A model generated the notes under the pieces. That model was given only the letters and a program-made list of their open reading frames with translations, was not told where the DNA came from and did not search any database. A stretch of 64,000 nt of DNA from an uncultured Actinomycetes bacterium. GTDB taxonomy: Bacteria; Actinomycetota; Thermoleophilia; Gaiellales; Gaiellaceae. This document shows, piece by piece, positions 37,806-45,925 of the stretch. Numbering within the stretch: position 1 is the first letter of the stretch; every line of letters begins with the position of its first letter. The DNA lies in NCBI GenBank assembly GCA_963789655.1, contig CAWBLH010000007.1:170536-234535 (forward strand), read 5' to 3'. The position numbers and the translations under genes were made by a program.

Positions 37806-39232
37806 GCGTGACGGGTATCGATCTTCAGAAGGCCGCGAAGGAGCACCTGTGGATGCATTTCACGCGCATGGGCGGGTACTCGAGCGGGGACGTCCCGATC
37901 ATCGTCCGCGGCGAGGGGTGCTACCTCGAGGACACGAACGGCAAGCGCTACCTCGATGCGCTCGCCGGCCTGTTCTCCGTGAACATCGGCTACTCGTTCG
38001 GCGACGAGATCGGGCAGGCCGCGCTCGAGCAGATGCGCGAGCTGCCCTTCTACACGAACTGGTCGTACGCTCATCCGAAGGCGATCGAGCTCGCGGCGGA
38101 GCTGGCGTCGCTCGCGCCGGGAGACCTGAACCGGGCGTTCTTCTGCTCCGGCGGCTCGGAGGCGGTCGAGTCGGCCTGGAAGCTGGCGCGCCAGTACTAC
38201 GCGGCCCGTGGAGGCAAGGCCGAGGCGGAGAGCGGGGAGCCCAAGGTCAGGCCTGATGGTGCAAGCGCGGTACCGCATCGCTACAAGGCGATCGCCCGTA
38301 ACGTCGCGTACCACGGGACGACCCTCGGCGCCCTCTCGATCAACGGGATCCCCGCACTGCGCGAGCCGTTTCAGCCGCTCGTGCCCGAGGTCCGGCACGT
38401 GTCGAACACGAACCGCTACCACCGGCCGTCCGAGGAGACCGAGGAGGAGTTCACGCGCTTCCTGCTCGACGAGCTCGAGCAGACGATCATCTCCATGGGG
38501 CCGGAGACGGTCTGCCTGGTGCACATGGAGCCGGTGCAGAACGCCGGCGGCGCCTTCACGCCGCCCGAGGGCTACTGGCGAGGTGTGCGGGAGCTCTGCG
38601 ACCGCTACGACATCCTGCTCTCCGCCGACGAGGTGATCACGGCCTTCGGGCGCGTGGGCTACTGGTTCGGGTCCGAGCGCTACGACATCCGGCCCGACCT
38701 CGTCACCTGCGCGAAGGGGCTTTCGTCGTCGTACGCCGCGATCGGAGCGGTGGTTGCGACGGATCGCGTCATGGAGCCGTTCCTCGCCGAGACGTCGATG
38801 TTCACGCACGGGATCACGTTCGGCGGCCACCCGACGATGTGCACGATCGCGCTCAAGAACATCGAGATCATCAAGCGGGAAGGGATCGTCGAGCACGTGC
38901 GCGAGAGCGAGGATGCGCTCCGGGACTCGCTGGCGCAGCTTCTGGATCTCCCGATCGTCGGCGACCTGCGCGGGACCGGGTTCTTCTACGCGCTCGAGCT
39001 GGTGAAGGACAAGGACTCGCGGGAGTCGTTCTCCGACGAGGAGTGCGAGCGCCTCCTGCGCGGATACCTGTCGAACGCGCTCTTCGACGCAGGCCTCATC
39101 TGCCGAGCGGACGACCGCGGCGACCCGGTCATCCAGATCTCACCGCCGCTCGTCGCGGGGCAGGCCGAGTTCGACGAGATCACGCGCATCCTCGGTGAGG
39201 TGCTCACCGAGGCGCAGCAGCAGATGCGTTAG
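37802..39232 (+). CDS. class-III PLP-dependent aminotransferase (putrescine/omega-amino-acid type)
   Basis: ATGA overlap with potC. Motifs GGSEAVESAWKLAR, SADEVITAFGRVG, CAKGLSS and THGITFGGHP. Confidence 0.88.
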   Translation: MSVTGIDLQKAAKEHLWMHFTRMGGYSSGDVPIIVRGEGCYLEDTNGKRYLDALAGLFSVNIGYSFGDEIGQAALEQMRELPFYTNWSYAHPKAIELAAELASLAPGDLNRAFFCSGGSEAVESAWKLARQYYAARGGKAEAESGEPKVRPDGASAVPHRYKAIARNVAYHGTTLGALSINGIPALREPFQPLVPEVRHVSNTNRYHRPSEETEEEFTRFLLDELEQTIISMGPETVCLVHMEPVQNAGGAFTPPEGYWRGVRELCDRYDILLSADEVITAFGRVGYWFGSERYDIRPDLVTCAKGLSSSYAAIGAVVATDRVMEPFLAETSMFTHGITFGGHPTMCTIALKNIEIIKREGIVEHVRESEDALRDSLAQLLDLPIVGDLRGTGFFYALELVKDKDSRESFSDEECERLLRGYLSNALFDAGLICRADDRGDPVIQISPPLVAGQAEFDEITRILGEVLTEAQQQMR

Positions 39233-39302
39233 CGGAAGCCGCGCTGCTTGAAGTTTCAGGGCGCGGCGGCGCGACGTGGTCTGACATCTAGACAATCGGG
39301 AC

Positions 39303-40104
39303 ATGAGCGAGCAGCGGCTTATCGTGGATGCGAGCGTCGAGCTCGCTTCGGGCCGGAAGATGCCCATTCTCGGTCTGGGCACGTGGCAGGCGCGGGGCCG
39401 TAGCGCCGTCAGTGCGGTCCTTCGCGCGCTCGAGGTCGGCTACCGGCACATCGACACGTGCGACGGCGTATGGGAACGAAGAACAGGTGGGGCAGGCAGT
39501 GGCAGATAGTGGCGTGCCGCGCGAGGAGATCTTCGTCACGACGAAGCTTCCGCCGAGCCGCGCAGGTCGCGAGCGGGCGACACTCGAGGACAGCCTCGAC
39601 GCGCTCGGGTTCGGGTACGTCGACCTGTGGCTCATCCACTGGCCGCCCGGTGGTGCGCGACCGGACGTATGGGAACGGTTGCTCGAGCTTCAGGCGGAGG
39701 GTCTGGCACGCGAGGTCGGCGTCAGCAACTACAGCATTCGGCAGCTCGACGAGCTCGAGCGCGCAACGGGCCGCCTGCCGGCCGTCAACCAGATCGAGTG
39801 GAGCCCTGCGCTTTTTGACCGGAACGTGCTCGAGGGGCACCGCGACCGCGGTGTGCAGCTCGAGGGGTATAGCCCGCTCAGGACAGTGAACCTGCGCGAC
39901 CCGCAACTCGTGGAGCTCGCAGAAGACCACGGCGTCAGCCCGGCCCAGATCGTCCTCCGCTGGCACATCGAGCACCGGATCGTTGCCATCCCGAAGTCGA
40001 CGAACGCAGGGCGGATCGCCGAGAACGCCGCCATCTTCGACTTCGAGCTAACGCCGTCCGAGGTCGAGCAGCTCGACAGGTTCGCCCAGACACGGCCGGG
40101 ATGA
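39303..40104 (+). pseudogene. aldo/keto reductase; frameshift at ~39459
   Basis: [10 protein letters not shown]...GYRHIDT continues in the other frame as [14 protein letters not shown]...LWLIHWP...SNY...IPKS. An extra T in GACACGTGCG separates the two parts. Confidence 0.85.
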
Positions 40105-40187
40105 GATCAGCGCTGTGACCCGCCTAGCATTCGCCTGTCGCGACGTCGACGACGTCTCTTCTGGGCGCCCTCCCAGGACCTTCCCGG

Positions 40188-41180
40188 TCACACCGTACGA
40201 ATCGCGTGCGGAACCGCAACGGCCGCGAGGCAGAGCGCGAAGTCGCCGTCCTCGTCTGACCACCAGTGAGTGAGAACGAGGCCAAGACTCGTGAGCTCGT
40301 CTTCGACGCGCTCACGCCGGAACTTCGCGCTGACCTGAGTGCGAAGGCGCTCGCTCGCTGCGAGCTCGACGTCGATTCCGAGGGCAGGCACGTGCACGAC
40401 CTGCGCCTCGGCCGAGTCGAAGCCGATGTCGACCCACTCGCGCTCCGCATCCCAGAAAGCGCGGTAGTCGAGACGCGCGCGAGAGAAGTCGGACCGGAGC
40501 TCGCGGTCGAGATGGGCGAGCCCGTTTCGCTGGAAGCGCTCGCTGAGCCCGGCGCTGTCGTTGTAGGCGGACTCGATCCGCTGCGGGTCCTTGACCAGGT
40601 CGAGCCCCAGAAGCAGTGCGTCCGCCGGTTCGAGCGCGTCCGCGAGAGCGTGCAGGAAACGGCGTCTTCCGTCCTCCTCGAAGTTCCCGAGCGTCGAGCC
40701 GAGGAAGGCGAACAGGCGGCGACCGCCGGGCTCGAGCGCGTCGAGATGACGCTCGTAGTCGCCGACGATCGCGTGGACGCCGATGCCCGGGTACTCCTCG
40801 GAGATCGCATTCGCGCTCGCAACGAGCACTTCCTCGCTGACGTCGAGCGGAGCGAACGAGCGGAGCGTTCCCGCTGCGATGAGTGCGTCGAGGAGGATTC
40901 TGGTCTTCTCGGAGGTACCGGAGCCGAGCTCGACGAGCGTGGTCGCGCCCGTCTCGCTCGCGATCTCGCGCGCGTGGTCGTCGAGGATCTGCCGCTCGGT
41001 GCGGGTGAGGTAGTACTCGGGCAGGCGGGTGATCTCGTCGAAGATGAGCGAGCCGCGCTCGTCGTACAGCCAGATCGACGGGATCCGCTTCGGCGACGAG
41101 CGCAGGCCTGCGAGGGCGGCGTCGCGGAACGCGGCTTCGCGGTCAGCCGGGTCGAGGAGCTTCTCGACGCGGACGCGTCG
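40188..41180 (-). CDS. egtD: L-histidine N-alpha-methyltransferase (ergothioneine synthesis); start codon not identifiable
   Basis: IPSIWLYDERGSLIFDEITRLPEYYLTRTE, VELGSGTSEKT, LGSTLGNF, and a C-terminal SAKFR...HWWSD. There is no ATG/GTG/TTG in frame between the egtB stop (41225) and the conserved N-terminus. Confidence 0.85.
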   Translation of the reverse strand, partial: RRVRVEKLLDPADREAAFRDAALAGLRSSPKRIPSIWLYDERGSLIFDEITRLPEYYLTRTERQILDDHAREIASETGATTLVELGSGTSEKTRILLDALIAAGTLRSFAPLDVSEEVLVASANAISEEYPGIGVHAIVGDYERHLDALEPGGRRLFAFLGSTLGNFEEDGRRRFLHALADALEPADALLLGLDLVKDPQRIESAYNDSAGLSERFQRNGLAHLDRELRSDFSRARLDYRAFWDAEREWVDIGFDSAEAQVVHVPALGIDVELAASERLRTQVSAKFRRERVEDELTSLGLVLTHWWSDEDGDFALCLAAVAVPHAIRTV

Positions 41181-41224
41181 GTGGGAAACCGGGCTCTGGT
41201 TCGAGCCAGATTCCGGCGTCGGAG

Positions 41225-42524
41225 CTACGCGTCGCGGGCGCAGCGGAACCCGGCGAAGATGTGCCGCCGGTCGGGAAAGTCGAAGTTGCGGAAGGTCGTG
41301 CGGGCGACGAGCGAGTCGGTCGCCCAGGAGCCACCTCGGAGAACACGGTACTCCGTGCCGAAGTAGACCTCGGAGTACTCCGGGTAGGGGTAGGCGAGGA
41401 ATCCTGGATACGGGAGGAAGTGCGACGACGTCCACTCCCAGACGTCCCCGGTGAGCTGACGGCAGCCGACAGGGCTCTCGCCGCCGACGTATGAGCCTGC
41501 AGGCGCGGGCGAGAAGCGCCGATGGCCGAGATTCGCCTCGTACCCCGCCGACTCGCGACCCCATGGGAAGCGGTTCTTGCCCCGGCGCTCGTGCCACGCA
41601 GCCGCCCGCTCCCACTCTGCCTCGGTGGGGAGGCGCTTCTTCGCCCAGCGGGCGAACGCGTCGGCTTCGTACCAGGAGACGTGCTGAACGGGCTCGTCCG
41701 GCGGAACGGGCTCGCGCCGACCGAAGCGGACGCGCTCCCACCCTTGCTGCCCGCGCTCCCAGAAGAGCGGCGCGGTCACGTTCTCCCGCTCTCGCCACTC
41801 CCAGCCCTCTTCACTCCAGTGCCGCTGCGAGCCGTACCCCTTGTGCGCGACGAAGTCCGCGTAGGCCGCATTCGTGACCGGCGTGCGATCGATGTAGAAG
41901 GGGCCGAGCTCGACCTCGTGCGACCCCAGCTCGTTGTCGTATGCCCACGGCTCGTCGGTGGCGCCGAGGATGAAAGGACCGCGGTCCACGTAGATCTCAT
42001 CCGGCCCAGAGGACGGATCGTCGGGCGGCGTCGCGTCGCGCATCGGGTAGCCGATCGCGGTTCGAAGCTGAAGGGTCTGGAGCATCGTCTCCTGGTGCTG
42101 GAGCTCGTGCTGGAGCACGAGCCCGAAGACGAACCCTCGATTCAAGAGCGGGTTCTGTGCGTCGAGATCGGTGTGCTCGAGCGCATCGAGAACGCGCTCG
42201 CGAACCGTCGCTCGCGTAGGCCCGCACCGACTCCGGACGGAGCGGCGGCAGCTTCGCACCCGGGCTACGCGACTCGCGGAACGCGCTCGAGATCTCGTCA
42301 TGCCCTCCGTCGAGCGGTGAGTTCCCGTACAGGTTCTGAAGCAGCCACAGCTCCTCGAACTGCGCGATCTGGGCGAGCTCCCAGACGAGCGGGGACTGGA
42401 GCGGAGAGACCTGCTCGACCAGCCCGTCGTCGGTCACCGGCGCGAGGATCTCCTCGGTGCCTGCGCGAGCCCTTTCCAGGGCGGTCTGGAGCTCGACGAC
42501 GGAGTCCATCACCGGACTTTGCAT
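41225..42524 (-). pseudogene. egtB: ergothioneine biosynthesis sulfoxide synthase (DinB-like plus FGE-sulfatase domains); frameshift at ~42210
   Basis: The N-terminus SPLVWELAQIAQFEELWLL...VRAYAS continues in the other frame as TVRERVLDALEH...LQHELQHQETM...GDVWEWTSS...RVLRGGSWAT. Confidence 0.85.
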
Positions 42525-42604
42525 GACGCGCGCTACTTCGGCCAGGTCTTAGAACTGACTGGCTGTAGCCTACGTCCCTCATTCGAGGAGAGGAGCCTGG
42601 GCCA

Positions 42605-43346
42605 GTGGAAGGGAACGGAGCAGGTCCGGTCGTCGTCGCGCAGGACGTCGCTCGGCGCTATGGGGAGGGCGAGACCGCCGTCGACGCTCTCCGGGGAGTC
42701 TCGGTGGACATCGCACGCTCACGCCTGACAGCCGTAATGGGGCCCTCGGGCTCGGGGAAGTCGACGCTGATGCACATCCTCGCCGGCCTCGACAAGCCGA
42801 CGTCGGGGACGGTCGAGGTCGCCGGTACCGAGATCACCAAGCTCGGCGACAACGACTTGACGAAGCTGCGCCGCGAGCACATCGGCTTCGTCTTCCAGTT
42901 CTTCAACTTGCTCCCGATGCTGAACGCGCGCGAGAACATCACCCTCCCGTTGACGATCGCCGGCGAGAAGCCGGAGGAGGGCTGGGTGGAGAAGATCGTC
43001 GCGGACGTCGGGCTCTCCGATCGGCTCAGCCATCGTCCGTCCGAGCTCTCGGGCGGGCAGCAGCAGCGTGTGGCGATCGCGCAGGGCGCTCGTGTCGAAG
43101 CCCACGGTCCTCTTCGCCGACGAGCCGACCGGCAATCTCGACTCGTCGACTGGAAACGAGATCCTCGAGCTGCTGCGGCGCTCGGTGGACGACTACGGCC
43201 AGACGATGGTCATGGTGACCCACGACGCGCGCGCGGCCGCGATGGCGCACCGCGTGCTCTTCCTCGCCGACGGCGTGATCGTGCGCGAGCTCGGCGAGTG
43301 CGACACGCACCGGATCCTGGAGGTCCTCGAGGAGATCGCCGCCTAG
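42605..43346 (+). pseudogene. ABC transporter ATP-binding protein (MacB/LolD-type); frameshift at ~43082
   Basis: [22 protein letters not shown] / RALVSKPTVLFADEPTGNLD...MVTHD. The frameshift makes the track fuse it with the permease into a 1106-aa ORF. Confidence 0.85.
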
Positions 43347-45925
43347 TGATCAGGTTCGCCATCCGCGGCCTGCTCGGCAGGAAGCTCCGCGCCGTTCTGA
43401 CGGGGATCGCGATCGTCCTCGGCGTCGCGATGATCAGCGGCACCTACATCCTGACGGACACGATCGACAAGGCGTTCTCGAACCTCTTCACGCAGTCGTA
43501 CGCAGGGACGGACGCCGTCGTCCAGGGCGAGGGCCCCGACATCTCGATCGACGGCGCCGCGGCTCCGACGCCGCCGGTCGACGCGTCGCTGCTCGAGACG
43601 GTGAGGGACGTCGACGAGGTCTCGCTCGCGACGGGTGGCATCTACGACGAGACGAACACGAAGATCCTCACCCCGGAGGGCGACGCCGTCAGCACAGGCG
43701 GCGCGCCGAGCTTCGGGTTCGGGATCGACACGAGCAAGGAGTACGCGCAGTTCAACCCGCTGAACCTTCTCGAGGGCCGCTGGCCGTCCGCGCCGAACGA
43801 GGTCGTGATCGACGCCGGCACCGCGGACGGGCAGAGCTACGCGCTCGGCGACACCGTCGAGGTCGCCACGCTCGTACCCAAGCGTGCGTTCGAGCTCGTC
43901 GGCGTCGCGCAGTACGGCGGCGTGGACAGTCTCGGGACGGCGACGTTCGCAGTGTTCACGATCCCGACGGCGCAGGAGCTCCTCGACCGCGAGGGGCAAT
44001 ACGACGTGATCTCGGTCGCCGCGAACGAGGGAACGAGCGAGGAGGACCTCGTCACCGCGATCCAGGGCGTGCTCCCGGACGGCGTGACCGCGCAGACCGC
44101 AACGGTGGAGACCGAGGAGGCGCAGGACGAGATCGGCCAGTTCACGTCGATCATCCGCTACTTCCTGTTGACGTTCGCCGGCATCGCGCTCTTCGTGGGC
44201 GCGTTCGTCATCTTCAACACCTTCTCGATCACAGTCGCGCAGCGCACACGCGAGTTCGCCACTCTGCGGACGATCGGCGCGTCGCGCCGGCAGGTCCTGT
44301 CTTCCGTGATTCTCGAGTCGATCGTCATCGGCATCGTGGCCTCGCTCATCGGTCTCGCGTTGGGCCTACTTCTCGCGGAAGGGATCCAGGCACTCTTCGG
44401 CACGTTGGGCTTCGAGCTGCCAACCGCCGAGCGCGTCTTCGCGCTGCGCACGGTCATCGTCTCCATGCTCGTCGGCGTCCTCGTCACGCTCGCCGCGGGG
44501 CTCTTCCCCGCGATCCGCGCCACGCGCGTGCCGCCGATCGCCGCGGTGCGCGAAGGAGCGACGCTTCCGCGCTCGCGGATCTCGCCGTTCGTTCCGTGGA
44601 TCGCGGGCCTCATCATCGTCGGAGCGCTGCTCCTTCTCGGCCGGGCAATGTTCACCGACGACCTGGGCACGGCCGATCGCCTGATCGGCCTCGCGGGGGG
44701 CGTGCTGCTCCTGTTCGTCGGCATTGCGATGCTCTCGTCGCGGCTCGTGCGGCCCATCGCCGCCCTCGTCGGCCTCCCTGCGCGTCGGATCGGAGGCGCG
44801 GCAGGGAAGCTCGCGAGCGGGAACACGGTGCGCAACCCGGGCAGGACAGCCGCGACGGCCGCCGCTCTGATGATCGGGATCGCGCTCGTCGCCTTCATCG
44901 CGACTCTCGCGAACGGCCTGAAGACGTCGAACCGCGAGGCGATCGAGGAACAGGTGTCCGCCGACTACGTGATCACGGCGCAGGACGGCTACACGCCGTA
45001 CCCGGCCGCGGTCGGGGATGCTGTGGCCGCATCGGAAGCGCCCGAGGTCGTGTCGCCCGTGCGGACCGGCGCTGCGCTCGTGAACGACGACCAGGCCGAG
45101 CTCGGCGGCATCGATCCTGAGACGATCACGTCCGCGTACACCTTCGACTGGACCGACGGGAGCGACGACGTGCTCGCGGATCTCGGGACGACCGGAGCAA
45201 TCGTGAGCGCGAACTACGCCGACGATCACGGGATGGAGATCGGCACCCGTCTCAGGCTCACCTCGACCGACAACCGGAACGCCGATGCCAGGATCGTCGG
45301 CCTCTACGAGCCGCACCCGTTCTATCCGCTGCTCGAGAGCATCACCGTGTCGACCGAGCTCTTCGACGAGCTGTACGACCGCCCGCAAAATCGCTGGACG
45401 TGGGCGAACGTCGCCGGCGAGCCGTCCGACTCGGGCAAGGCGCAGCTCGAGGAGGCGGTCGCGGGCTTCCCGGATGCTCAGGTCGAGACGCGTGAGGAGT
45501 GGATCGAGCGCGAGGACGACGACATCAGCGAGTTCCTCACCTTCCTCTACGTGCTGCTCGCGCTTGCCGTGCTCATCAGCATCTTCGGGATGATCAACAC
45601 GCTCGTGCTCTCGGTCTACGAGCGGACGCGTGAGATCGGGATGCTGAGGGCGATCGGCATGACGCGCCGGCAGACCCGCCGCATGGTCCGGCAGGAGAGC
45701 ATCATCACCGCGCTCATCGGCGCAGCGATCGGGCTTCCGCTCGGGATCTTCCTGGCCGCACTCGTGACGCGCGCGCTCGGGGACTTCAATCTGACCTTCT
45801 CCATCCCCTGGTTCCAGCTGATCTTCCTCACGGTGCTCGCGATCGTGGTCGGCATCGTGGCCGCGATCATGCCCGCCCGCCGCGCCGCCAAGCTCGACCC
45901 GCTCCGCGCTATCGCCTACGAATGA
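43346..45925 (+). CDS. ABC transporter permease with two FtsX domains (~859 aa)
   Basis: Starts at GTG 43346 (VIRFAIRGLLGRKLR). There are two FtsX-type 4-TM modules (ITVAQRTREFATLRTIGASRRQ; SVYERTREIGMLRAIGMTRRQ) separated by large extracytoplasmic domains. Confidence 0.88.
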   Translation: MIRFAIRGLLGRKLRAVLTGIAIVLGVAMISGTYILTDTIDKAFSNLFTQSYAGTDAVVQGEGPDISIDGAAAPTPPVDASLLETVRDVDEVSLATGGIYDETNTKILTPEGDAVSTGGAPSFGFGIDTSKEYAQFNPLNLLEGRWPSAPNEVVIDAGTADGQSYALGDTVEVATLVPKRAFELVGVAQYGGVDSLGTATFAVFTIPTAQELLDREGQYDVISVAANEGTSEEDLVTAIQGVLPDGVTAQTATVETEEAQDEIGQFTSIIRYFLLTFAGIALFVGAFVIFNTFSITVAQRTREFATLRTIGASRRQVLSSVILESIVIGIVASLIGLALGLLLAEGIQALFGTLGFELPTAERVFALRTVIVSMLVGVLVTLAAGLFPAIRATRVPPIAAVREGATLPRSRISPFVPWIAGLIIVGALLLLGRAMFTDDLGTADRLIGLAGGVLLLFVGIAMLSSRLVRPIAALVGLPARRIGGAAGKLASGNTVRNPGRTAATAAALMIGIALVAFIATLANGLKTSNREAIEEQVSADYVITAQDGYTPYPAAVGDAVAASEAPEVVSPVRTGAALVNDDQAELGGIDPETITSAYTFDWTDGSDDVLADLGTTGAIVSANYADDHGMEIGTRLRLTSTDNRNADARIVGLYEPHPFYPLLESITVSTELFDELYDRPQNRWTWANVAGEPSDSGKAQLEEAVAGFPDAQVETREEWIEREDDDISEFLTFLYVLLALAVLISIFGMINTLVLSVYERTREIGMLRAIGMTRRQTRRMVRQESIITALIGAAIGLPLGIFLAALVTRALGDFNLTFSIPWFQLIFLTVLAIVVGIVAAIMPARRAAKLDPLRAIAYE

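Noticed and set aside
39238-39267. 7-bp stem hairpin after the aminotransferase as a terminator
   Set aside because: The stem is short and the loop is 16 nt. There is no T-tract and no relation to the repeat families. It is too weak to call.
42605-45925. 1106-aa ORF that looks like a fused ABC ATPase-permease
   Set aside because: The frameshift at ~43082 carries the ATPase frame into the permease frame. The Walker B and H-loop are encoded in ORF 43068-43346, and the permease has its own GTG at 43346.
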